Positions 1 to 7,336 of a stretch of DNA of 30,337 bases are shown piece by piece (position 1 is the first letter of the stretch; every line of letters starts with the position of its first letter). Source of the DNA: an uncultured bacterium (lineage in GTDB: Bacteria > Chlamydiota > Chlamydiia > Chlamydiales > SM23-39); assembly GCA_964400805.1 (NCBI GenBank), contig CAYNWC010000001.1, positions 1 through 30,337 on the forward strand, given 5' to 3'. The notes under the pieces were generated by a model. The model made no database searches. It saw only the letters and a list, made by a program, of their open reading frames with translations, and had not been told where the DNA came from. Made by a program: the position numbers and the translations under genes.

Positions 1-2
1 GT

Positions 3-68
3 TTGGCCAAATCCCGCCTCGTCGATTCAGGCCAAGTGAAAATGTATAAAATCATGATAGGAGCATAA
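3..68 (+). CDS. rpmI: 50S ribosomal protein L35, 3' end only (5' truncated by the window)
   Basis: Frame from nt 3 reads LAKSRLVDSGQVKMYKIMIGA* (TAA 66-68). It resembles the chlamydial L35 C-terminus (…PLVDKGQVGMYKRMM) and lies directly upstream of rplT. Confidence 0.85.
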   Translation: MAKSRLVDSGQVKMYKIMIGA

Positions 69-72
69 GCCC

Positions 73-432
73 ATGGTCAGAATCACCAATTCAGTTGCGG
101 CCCGCCGCAGAAACAAGAAGCTCCTCAAGCGCTGCAGCGGCTTTTACGGAGATCGGAAAAACCACGTCAAGCTCAGCAAAGACGCCCTCATGTCGGCCCT
201 TGCGTTTAACTACAAGCACCGCAAGCTCCGCAAGCGCGACTTCCGCAGCCTTTGGATCACCCGTATTGGCGTTGCTGCCAAGATGAATGGCCTCTCTTAC
301 AGCAGGCTCATCGACGGTCTCAAGCGCAGCGGTTGCGACATCAATCGCAAAGTGCTCGCTGATCTCGCTACCCGCGATCCCAGTGCCTTCACGGCCATTG
401 TAGGAACAGCAAAGCAAGGTCTTGCTGCATAA
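73..432 (+). CDS. rplT: 50S ribosomal protein L20
   Basis: 119 aa, basic; typical L20 motifs (RKLRKRDFRSLWITRI, SYSRLIDGLK, INRKVLADLA); canonical rpmI-rplT-pheS order. Confidence 0.98.
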   Translation: MVRITNSVAARRRNKKLLKRCSGFYGDRKNHVKLSKDALMSALAFNYKHRKLRKRDFRSLWITRIGVAAKMNGLSYSRLIDGLKRSGCDINRKVLADLATRDPSAFTAIVGTAKQGLAA

Positions 433-444
433 CCGAGACATTGC

Positions 445-1479
445 ATGGCCTCCTTACCCGATCAAATCGGCGATCTTCGCTCCCATTTTCTGAGCGAGCT
501 CAAGGAGGCCTCCCATTCCAAAGATCTCGAACACCTCCGCACCAAGTATCTCGGCAAAAAGGGCCCTCTCCAGTCCCTCATGCAAGAGCTCAAAAACTGT
601 GACCCCGTCCAGCGTCCTCAGTTCGGCAAGCTCATCAACGACCTCAAAGAAGAGCTCACTCTCCACTGCGATCACACCCTTGCCCGACTCAAGCAAGCCG
701 AGCTCAACGACCGCCTCAAGCAAGAGTGGATTGACGCCACCCTTCCTGGCCGCCCGCGCCCCCACGGCCACCTCCATCCCATCCATCAGATGCTCTATCA
801 GATCATCGACATCCTCACTCAAATGGGTTTTTCCGTCCAACTCGGTCCCGACATCGAAAGCGACTACAACAACTTTGAAGGGCTCAACTTTGCTCCCGAC
901 CATCCCGCCCGCGACATGCAAGACACCTTCTACCTCTCTCCCGGCGCCTCTCTCCTCCGCACCCACACTACCACCGTCCAAGTCCGCGCCATGGCTCAAC
1001 ACTCTCCCCCCCTTCGCGTCATTGCTCCCGGCCGCGCTTTCCGCAACGAAGACATCTCTGCCCGCTCCCACGTCTTTTTCCACCAACTCGACGGCTTTTA
1101 CATCGACGAGAACGTCGCCTTTGCCGACCTTCTCTCCATGATGGAGCAATTCATGGCCAAGCTCTTTGGTCCCCACACCAAAACCCGCTTCCGTCCCTCG
1201 TACTTTCCCTTCGTTGAGCCCGGCGTTGAAGTCGACGTTAGTTGTACCGCCTGCAAAGGCGCCGGATGCCGTCTCTGCAAACATACCGGTTGGCTTGAGA
1301 TCCTTGGCGCTGGCATGATCCATCCCAACGTCCTCAAGAAAGCCAACATTGACCCGGACCGTTATTCTGGTTACGCCTGGGGGATGGGCATTGAGCGGCC
1401 CCTTCTTCTTCGCGCTGGTATTCCCGACATTCGTCTACTCACGCAAAACGACCTTCGTTTTCTTGCGCAATTTTCTTGA
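445..1479 (+). CDS. pheS: Phenylalanine--tRNA ligase alpha subunit
   Basis: N-terminal coiled coil, HPARDMQDTFY, LRTHT, PGRAFRNE, FRPSYFPFVEP, CxxC..CxxC Zn ribbon, GWLEILGAGM, AWGMGIER. Confidence 0.98.
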   Translation: MASLPDQIGDLRSHFLSELKEASHSKDLEHLRTKYLGKKGPLQSLMQELKNCDPVQRPQFGKLINDLKEELTLHCDHTLARLKQAELNDRLKQEWIDATLPGRPRPHGHLHPIHQMLYQIIDILTQMGFSVQLGPDIESDYNNFEGLNFAPDHPARDMQDTFYLSPGASLLRTHTTTVQVRAMAQHSPPLRVIAPGRAFRNEDISARSHVFFHQLDGFYIDENVAFADLLSMMEQFMAKLFGPHTKTRFRPSYFPFVEPGVEVDVSCTACKGAGCRLCKHTGWLEILGAGMIHPNVLKKANIDPDRYSGYAWGMGIERPLLLRAGIPDIRLLTQNDLRFLAQFS

Positions 1480-1505
1480 ACGAAAGGCACTTCAGTATAT
1501 AGAAT
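1476..1505 (+). promoter_or_regulatory. Possible sigma66 promoter for tRNA-Ser
   Basis: TTGAAC (1476-1481), 18-nt spacer, TAGAAT (1500-1505), just upstream of the tRNA at 1522. Confidence 0.4.
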
Positions 1506-1521
1506 ATAAACCTTTATCTTT

Positions 1522-1607
1522 GGAAGAGTGGCAGAGCGGCCGATTGCACCTGTCTTGAAAACAGGAGGCCCCTTCGGGGTCCGTGGGTTCGAATCCTACC
1601 TCTTCCG
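1522..1607 (+). tRNA. tRNA-Ser (anticodon TGA), CCA not encoded
   Basis: Acceptor stem GGAAGAG/CTCTTCC with discriminator G1607; anticodon stem CCTGT-CTTGAAA-ACAGG; long variable arm (GGCCCC-TTCG-GGGTCC); T arm GTGGG-TTCGAAT-CCTAC. Confidence 0.97.
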
Positions 1608-1762
1608 AGATTTTTCGGAGAAAAAATTCGGAAGAAAGGGAAGCCACTTGAGTGGCTTTCCGTGGCAGGATTCGAATTTTTTTCGGTTGAACCCGAAAAA
1701 AATCGCCGGCCCGGTAGCAAGGGCCGTTTCGGCTCTGCGCGAGGGCATCCTACCTCTTCCGA
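1593..1762. repeat. 16-bp direct repeat of the tRNA-Ser 3' end flanking a 138-bp palindromic segment
   Basis: ATCCTACCTCTTCCGA at 1593-1608 and 1747-1762. Intervening stems include AAAAAATTCG/CGAATTTTTT, AAGCCACT-TG-AGTGGCTT, ATTTTTTTCGG-TTGAAC-CCGAAAAAAAT and GGCCC-N8-GGGCC. Confidence 0.85.
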
Positions 1763-1787
1763 ATTTTGAACTCTCTTTGGAGGCGCT

Positions 1788-2165
1788 ATGTCAATACATG
1801 CTGGTATTTGTAAATTTTATAGAACTTGTGCGGATCAAACAATAACAGTAGAAGCTATCCCTAACAAAGTTACTACAGAGATTTCATCCATCCCCAGGTG
1901 GGGCTTTCCTGTTTGCGCAGTTATTGCCACCGCCTTGCTTGTAAAACGAATTGCTATCTCTGTCTTTTTCTTGGCCGCCTCTATTGTAACCTTTGGCCTT
2001 CATGAAGGAATGAAAACCTCTTTATCGAACAATGTGAGAGGGAGCCTCGTCTATGTAGGAGTCATTTCTTCAGGATTAATGGGCTTGTTCTTTCCCCAAA
2101 CGATCAATGAAAGAGTCCTTCGACTTCCTTATAGCGTAAGCGTTTTTTTAAGCGCAAAAGCATAG
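1788..2165 (+). CDS. Small AT-rich membrane protein, Inc-like candidate
   Basis: 125 aa; long hydrophobic stretch WGFPVCAVIATALLVKRIAISVFFLAASIVTFGL and a second one SLVYVGVISSGLMGLFFP; GGAGG RBS upstream; visibly lower GC than its neighbours. Confidence 0.65.
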   Translation: MSIHAGICKFYRTCADQTITVEAIPNKVTTEISSIPRWGFPVCAVIATALLVKRIAISVFFLAASIVTFGLHEGMKTSLSNNVRGSLVYVGVISSGLMGLFFPQTINERVLRLPYSVSVFLSAKA

Positions 2166-2249
2166 TCCTTATTTTGCGCAAACGGTTCATCGCGCAATAT
2201 CATATTGCGCGAACTGGTTCCATATTGCGCGATCAGAATCAAAATATTA
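2152..2249. repeat. Cluster of TTGCGC/GCGCAA repeats, 11-bp palindrome and IHF-consensus site
   Basis: TCGCGCAATAT-C-ATATTGCGCGA (2190-2212); CATATTGCGCGA at 2201 and 2221; TTTGCGCAAA (2173-2182); AATCAA-AATA-TTA (2237-2249) matches WATCAANNNNTTR. Confidence 0.7.
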
Positions 2250-2327
2250 AATCACAATAAGTTAGCACTTTTTGAAGAATGGGATCTCAGGAGACGCTGC
2301 CACCGAGCGACCTGAATCGCGCCATAT

Positions 2328-2477
2328 TTAACGCCTTTTGAAGAACTGGATCTCTCGCTCGTGCTTGACGGCAGCGGCGCGGGAGGCGAAGGTGCCGAGG
2401 TTGCGCCGTTTGCCGGTTTTGGGGTTGATCTTGCGAGAGTAGAGGCGATATTCGCCGGAGGGGAGTTTTCTAATCAT
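2328..2477 (-). CDS. 49-aa basic hypothetical protein, possible Arm/AP2-like nucleic-acid-binding beta-sheet domain (below the ORF-track cutoff)
   Basis: MIRKLPSGEYRLYSRKINPKTGKRRNLGTFASRAAAVKHEREIQFFKRR*. Its ATG overlaps the monooxygenase TGA (ATGA coupling) and codon usage matches neighbouring genes. Confidence 0.8.
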   Translation of the reverse strand: MIRKLPSGEYRLYSRKINPKTGKRRNLGTFASRAAAVKHEREIQFFKRR

Positions 2478-3901
2478 TGTTTTCCGAGTTTAATGTTTTC
2501 CCGCGCAGCGATGTAGAGATCGGGGCGGATGAGATAGGTGGAGGGCTGTTGGATGCCGTAGATGGCGTTGGCGGCAGTGTTGTTTCGGATGAGAAGGGGG
2601 ATGGCGTCGATGGGAGAAGGGGGCAGGGAGTCTGCGAAGCAGAGGAGATGGTAGCGGGTCGAGCGGCGGAGGAGAGTGTAGAGGTCGGTTTTTTGGCCGT
2701 GGAGGAAGAGGGGAGTGTTGGGGGCGCGGGTTCCCGCTGGAGGGCCGCCGTTGAAGGAGCCGGAGTTGCGGACGATGGCGCTGGGGGGGTAGTGAATGGA
2801 GAGTTGGGCGATGGCACGGGTGAGGGAGACTTTGCAGAAGGGGACGAGGTGCTCGATCCCCCAATTGCGGGGCGCTTGCGCGAGGGGATTTTGCCAGCTG
2901 GCAACCCAGGTGGCAAAGCGGGTGGTGCGGAGAAGGTTCTTGGCCCAGGCGTGTCTTTCGAGAGTGTAGGTGGGGAGGAGATGGGGATATTTGAGTTTCC
3001 AGATGAGGTTGAAGGCGTCTTGGAAGCCAGAGTTCATCCCTTGTCCCCCAGCAGGGCTGTGAATGTGGGCGGCATCGCCCGCGAGAAAGACTCTTCCCTT
3101 TTGATAGCTTTTGACAAGGCGACTGTGAATGTGAAAGTGGGCCATCCAACGGCTGTTTGAAAGGTGGGCTTGGGGATCGGCATAGCGGCGAACTCTCTCT
3201 TCTGCTTGCGCAAGTGTTGGCTCTTGTGCGGAGGGAAAGACGAGTCGATAACGGTTGGCGCCAGGCATTGGAATGGCAGCGAGGATCCCTTCTGGAGTGA
3301 GAAAGAGGAAGAGCTCATCATGGGGATACTTCCAGGAAATCTCTACGTCAGCGAGGGAAAAGGCGGAGGGAAAGGCGGTGCCGGAAAAGGGGATGTTGAG
3401 TGTTTTTCTCACAGCGCTATGGGCGCCATCGCAGCCTGTGAGATAGGAGGCGGTGACGTGTTCTTTTTGTCCGGTTTTTTGATGGAGAAGGGTGGCTGTG
3501 ACGGTCTCTGCATTTTGCTGCAGATCGAGGAATTCTACGTCTCTTTCGATGGAGATGCCAAAGGAGGAGAGATAGTCGGTCAGAATGCGCTCGGTGTGAC
3601 TCTGCTCTAGGCTGAGAATGAAGGGAAAGGGAGAATCGAGCCCTTCGAAAGAGAGGCGCGCGAGGGGTCTGAAGTGGGAGATAGGGTTGGCAGCATGGAC
3701 TTTGAGCCCTTGAGAGAGAAAGGGGTCGATGATTCCCAAATGACTCAAGATTTCTAAGGTGCGGGGCTGGATGGCGAGAGCTTTGGACTGGAGGGAGGGA
3801 GAAGGGGCTTTATCGATGATGCGGCAAGAAAGCCCATGGCGGGCCGCCTCAGCCGCCATAAATAATCCAGTAGGGCCTGCTCCAATGACGAGTAGATCCA
3901 T
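2474..3901 (-). CDS. FAD-dependent monooxygenase (FAD_binding_3 / aromatic-ring hydroxylase class)
   Basis: GAGPTG Rossmann motif, GCDGAHSAVR, GRVFLAGDAAHIHSPAGGQGMNSGFQDAFNL, C-terminal thioredoxin-like region (GTRAP…LIRPD). Confidence 0.95.
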   Translation of the reverse strand: MDLLVIGAGPTGLFMAAEAARHGLSCRIIDKAPSPSLQSKALAIQPRTLEILSHLGIIDPFLSQGLKVHAANPISHFRPLARLSFEGLDSPFPFILSLEQSHTERILTDYLSSFGISIERDVEFLDLQQNAETVTATLLHQKTGQKEHVTASYLTGCDGAHSAVRKTLNIPFSGTAFPSAFSLADVEISWKYPHDELFLFLTPEGILAAIPMPGANRYRLVFPSAQEPTLAQAEERVRRYADPQAHLSNSRWMAHFHIHSRLVKSYQKGRVFLAGDAAHIHSPAGGQGMNSGFQDAFNLIWKLKYPHLLPTYTLERHAWAKNLLRTTRFATWVASWQNPLAQAPRNWGIEHLVPFCKVSLTRAIAQLSIHYPPSAIVRNSGSFNGGPPAGTRAPNTPLFLHGQKTDLYTLLRRSTRYHLLCFADSLPPSPIDAIPLLIRNNTAANAIYGIQQPSTYLIRPDLYIAARENIKLGKQ

Positions 3902-3904
3902 GGA

Positions 3905-4882
3905 TCACCTGAGAAACAAATGAGTGAGTAAGTAGGCGCCGGCTCCGATGCTCGCTGCGCCTGGCAGCGTCAAAACCCAGGCAATCACTAATTTACCGGG
4001 AGTTTTCCAACTGACTGCAGAGAGGCCCTTGGCTGTCCCGACGCCGACGACGCTGCCGGCGATCATGTGGGTAGAGCTGATGGGCATGCCCAGAAAGCTG
4101 GCTGTGAGGATGACGACAGAGGCGGAGGCCTCGGCGGCAAAGCCTTGGATCGGCTCGAGACGGGTGATGGAAAAGCCGAGGGTTTTAATAATGCGGAAGC
4201 CGCCGGTGGCGGTGCCAAGACCCATCATGAGCGCGCAGGCCATAATGACCCAAAAGGGGATGGTGGTGTTGGTGAGGTAGCCGCCGGCAAAGAGGCCGAG
4301 AGTGATAATCCCCATACTTTTTTGCGCATCGTTAAGTCCATGGGCCAGAGCGACAAAGCAGGCAGAGCCGATCTGCAGGTGGCGGAAGAATGTGTGGTTG
4401 TGGGTTTGCAGGAAGCGATAGAGTCCCTTCATGACGAGAAAGGCGAGGAGAAAGCCAAGAAGGGGTGTGACGATCATCGGGATGATCACCTTGCCGAGAA
4501 GGCCGCTCCAGATAATGGTCTCGGTCCCTTGATGGATCCAGGCCGCTCCAATGAGCCCGCCGATGAGGGCGTAGGAAGAGCTGCTGGGAATGCCGAAGTA
4601 CCAGGTGATGAGATTCCAGGCAATAGCGCCGATGACGGCTGCAAGAACGACGATTTGATTGGCGTCTTGGACCTCGACAAGACCGGTCGCAATGGTTTGC
4701 GCAACGCCGCTGATTTGGGTGGCGCCGATGAAATTGAGGACGCCCGCCATCACAATGGCAGAGAAGGGAGCAAGAGCACGGGTGGCAATGACGGTGGAAA
4801 CGACGTTGGCCGCATCGTGAAAGCCATTCGTATAGTCGAAAATGAGTCCCAAGATGACGATCAGGATAATGAGCCATTCCAT
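3905..4882 (-). CDS. Inorganic phosphate transporter, PiT family (short form)
   Basis: PiT signatures NGFHDAANVVST and HGLNDAQKSMG, GMPISSTH, multiple TM segments. Confidence 0.95.
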   Translation of the reverse strand: MEWLIILIVILGLIFDYTNGFHDAANVVSTVIATRALAPFSAIVMAGVLNFIGATQISGVAQTIATGLVEVQDANQIVVLAAVIGAIAWNLITWYFGIPSSSSYALIGGLIGAAWIHQGTETIIWSGLLGKVIIPMIVTPLLGFLLAFLVMKGLYRFLQTHNHTFFRHLQIGSACFVALAHGLNDAQKSMGIITLGLFAGGYLTNTTIPFWVIMACALMMGLGTATGGFRIIKTLGFSITRLEPIQGFAAEASASVVILTASFLGMPISSTHMIAGSVVGVGTAKGLSAVSWKTPGKLVIAWVLTLPGAASIGAGAYLLTHLFLR

Positions 4883-4943
4883 ATGTGAAGGAATAGCGGA
4901 AAATGAGTTTTTTTGATACGCTGATCATTTTTTGGAGGAATTT

Positions 4944-5495
4944 ATGATCAAATTCATGGCCTTTTTAATGGCCGTCGTGTTTCCCATATTTACGATTACA
5001 GCTGAGGAGAGTCAACCCGTGAAAAATCCCATTGTCGTTTTTGAAACCAATCTTGGTTCTTTTGAAATCACCTTAAAGCCCGATGTGGCGCCGAAGGCCT
5101 GCGAAAATTTTGTGGGGCTGGTCGAAAAGAAGTACTACGATGGAGTGGTCTTCCATCGGGTGATCAAAAACTTCATGATCCAAGGGGGAGATCCGACGGG
5201 AACAGGAGCCGGCGGAGAGTCGATCTGGGGCAAGGCGTTTGCCGATGAGTGCAAAACAACGGTGAAGTTCGATAAACCAGGTCTTTTGGCGATGGCCAAC
5301 CGGGGTCCTGCAACGAATGGAAGCCAATTCTTCATCACAACGGTTAAGACAGAGTGGCTGAATATGAAGCACACGATCTTTGGCGAGGTAACGACTGGCT
5401 ATGAGATCGTGAAAAAGATCGAAACCACTCCAGTGGGTGGCGGCGATCGCCCGGTTCAACCGGTCAAGATCATCAAGGCCTATGTGAAATCATAG
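4944..5495 (+). CDS. Cyclophilin-type peptidyl-prolyl cis-trans isomerase with signal peptide
   Basis: YYDGVVFHRVIKNFMIQGGDPTGTGAGGES, LAMANRGPATNGSQFFIT. ATG 4944 chosen because GGAGG lies at 4934-4938. Confidence 0.95.
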   Translation: MIKFMAFLMAVVFPIFTITAEESQPVKNPIVVFETNLGSFEITLKPDVAPKACENFVGLVEKKYYDGVVFHRVIKNFMIQGGDPTGTGAGGESIWGKAFADECKTTVKFDKPGLLAMANRGPATNGSQFFITTVKTEWLNMKHTIFGEVTTGYEIVKKIETTPVGGGDRPVQPVKIIKAYVKS

Positions 5496-5502
5496 AAACT
5501 TA

Positions 5503-5539
5503 CACGCTAAAAATTGTTTGGCGTGATAGAGTTTTTTTT
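5503..5539 (+). terminator. Possible intrinsic terminator after the cyclophilin gene
   Basis: CACGCTAAA-AATTG-TTTGGCGTG stem followed, after a short gap, by a T8 run. Confidence 0.3.
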
Positions 5540-5565
5540 GAACCTTATAGATAAAGGAGTAATGC

Positions 5566-5964
5566 ATGGAGTACGCACCTGTAGATTGGCTCACTGTTAT
5601 AGTGGCCGCCGTCTTAAATATGATCATCGGTTTTTTTTGGTATTCGAAATGGCTCTTTGGCCCCACTTGGCTCCACTTGCAAAAGATGAAGAGCGAAGAG
5701 GCCAAACCGGAGAAAAGCAGCATCCTCTATGGAGCGCTCGTCTCTCTGATCATCGCCTATTTTCTGGCCCGTTTTGAGGCGGAGTTGAATATCACGACAG
5801 TCACCGACGGGATGTTCCTCGGCTTCTGTCTCTGGTTGGGATTCGTCGCCACGACTCAGATCTCCTCTGTCATTTGGGGCAAAAGGCCCTTTAAGCTCTT
5901 TGTCCTCGATACGGGCTGCAAACTCCTTTCCTTCCTCGTAATGAGCGGAGTGATCGGCGCTTGA
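5566..5964 (+). CDS. DUF1761-like membrane protein
   Basis: DWLTVIVAAVLNMIIGFFWYSKWLFGPTW matches the family N-terminal pattern; about 4 TM helices; AAGGAG RBS. Confidence 0.8.
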   Translation: MEYAPVDWLTVIVAAVLNMIIGFFWYSKWLFGPTWLHLQKMKSEEAKPEKSSILYGALVSLIIAYFLARFEAELNITTVTDGMFLGFCLWLGFVATTQISSVIWGKRPFKLFVLDTGCKLLSFLVMSGVIGA

Positions 5965-6016
5965 CAGAAGATCGGTCCCCCTTTAGATAGAGAGTGAGAA
6001 CAGAAAAGAGAGAGAT

Positions 6017-7336
6017 ATGCCTATTTCTAAAACGAAGCCGAAGAAACTGCTCCTTCTCACCTCGAGCGGCGGAGGGGGGCTTCTCCAAGCGGCCAACGCC
6101 AAAGAACAAGAGGCATTGGCCAAAAATCCCGACCTAGAAATCATCCGGATCGATGTACTCAAAGAATGGGCTCCTTTCAGCCGCTTCTGCATCCATTTTT
6201 GGAATAGCGCCCAGCAGAGCGGAAAAATCTGGATGCAAATGATCGCGGTGAGATACCAGTTTCTTTGGGATATTGTTTTGTTTCCCATTATTTTTGCTCG
6301 CTCTCTTTCTATTTATCTGAAGGAAGAGATCGATCAGATCATCGATACGCAATGTCTGGGCACTGCGGGTATCGTCAAGGCGGTTCGGGTTTATAATTGG
6401 TTGCGCGGGAAAAACTTACGGATCGAACTGATCCTTGTCGATCTCCCTACCAAGGAGGCGAACCACTTCTTTCGCCCCATCCGCAATCTCTCGAAAAGGA
6501 ACCGTCAATTGCTCCAAGTGACGGCGATCGCCCCTCTCTTAGATGAGGGAGAAACGGGGGAGCAATTTTGGCAAAAGACCTGCCGTCTTTCGGAAACAGA
6601 GATCTGCTATGAAGAGGCCTATATCAGACAGGCCTTCCACAAATACAAGCGGAAGAGCCGCCCCTCAGAGCCGTTCCACATTCGGTTGCGCTATAAAAAT
6701 AGGGAAGAGCTCGCTCTGATGCAGAGCGCTTTTCAAAAAGGGCCTATTTCCGCTTGCGCGAGCGTTGATGAAGTGGACTTCCGGATCGCCCCCGAAGACC
6801 GGATGGCGACGATTTTACTCGGCTCACAGCCCGCGGCAGAAGCCTCGCTCAACTATATGAAAACGTGGTCCGCCATGGCAAAGGAATACCCGGAGATCAC
6901 CACGCATCTCTTTGTTTTTTGCGGGGATCACAAAGAAGGGGAGCAGTCCCTCTTTAAGAGAATGGCCGACGCGGTGAGCGAAATCAAAGATTTCCCCAAG
7001 AATGTATCGATCATCCCCTTTTCCTTCCAAAACGAACATGTGATAGCGCCGCTGTTTTTCCGCAGCGACGTCACCTGCACCCGTTCGGGCGGGCAGACGG
7101 CGATGGAGCTCATGTCGGTGAGCACCGGAGAGATCTGGATCCATTCAGAGGCGAAAAAAGGGCAAGACATTCTCGAGGGAATTCCCGGATGGGAAGCGGC
7201 GAGCGCCCTTTATATGCAAAAACTGCATAAGGCGAAAATTGTAACGCCGGAGACGTTCACTCCTCTCGCGCGGCATTTGTATCAAACAAGTAATTCACAA
7301 GCCCAATCCAATCGCGCGCTTGAATCAACGGCTTAA
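6017..7336 (+). CDS. GT-B glycosyltransferase-like protein (MGDG synthase/UgtP, GT28-like)
   Basis: N-terminal KKLLLLTSSGGGGLLQAA aligns with the MGD1/UgtP loop (ILMSDTGGGHRASA); C-terminal DVTCTRSGGQTAMEL and IPGWE align with the GT28 nucleotide-sugar motifs. Confidence 0.7.
   Translation: MPISKTKPKKLLLLTSSGGGGLLQAANAKEQEALAKNPDLEIIRIDVLKEWAPFSRFCIHFWNSAQQSGKIWMQMIAVRYQFLWDIVLFPIIFARSLSIYLKEEIDQIIDTQCLGTAGIVKAVRVYNWLRGKNLRIELILVDLPTKEANHFFRPIRNLSKRNRQLLQVTAIAPLLDEGETGEQFWQKTCRLSETEICYEEAYIRQAFHKYKRKSRPSEPFHIRLRYKNREELALMQSAFQKGPISACASVDEVDFRIAPEDRMATILLGSQPAAEASLNYMKTWSAMAKEYPEITTHLFVFCGDHKEGEQSLFKRMADAVSEIKDFPKNVSIIPFSFQNEHVIAPLFFRSDVTCTRSGGQTAMELMSVSTGEIWIHSEAKKGQDILEGIPGWEAASALYMQKLHKAKIVTPETFTPLARHLYQTSNSQAQSNRALESTA

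Noticed and set aside
454-1323. 289-aa minus-strand ORF
   Set aside because: Antisense shadow of pheS with no recognisable motifs.
1480-1521. pheT missing after pheS
   Set aside because: pheS and pheT are normally unlinked in chlamydiae, so this is not an anomaly.
1514-1845. ORFs overlapping tRNA-Ser
   Set aside because: They run through the tRNA and the palindromic element, so they are spurious.
2477-3610. Plus-strand ORFs (227 aa and 148 aa), very G/E/V-rich
   Set aside because: Antisense shadows of the C-rich monooxygenase coding strand.
7257-7336. 80-bp convergent overlap between the GT-like gene and its neighbour
   Set aside because: The overlapping GT tail is low-complexity (SNSQAQSNRALESTA), and short convergent overlaps are common across this compact window.
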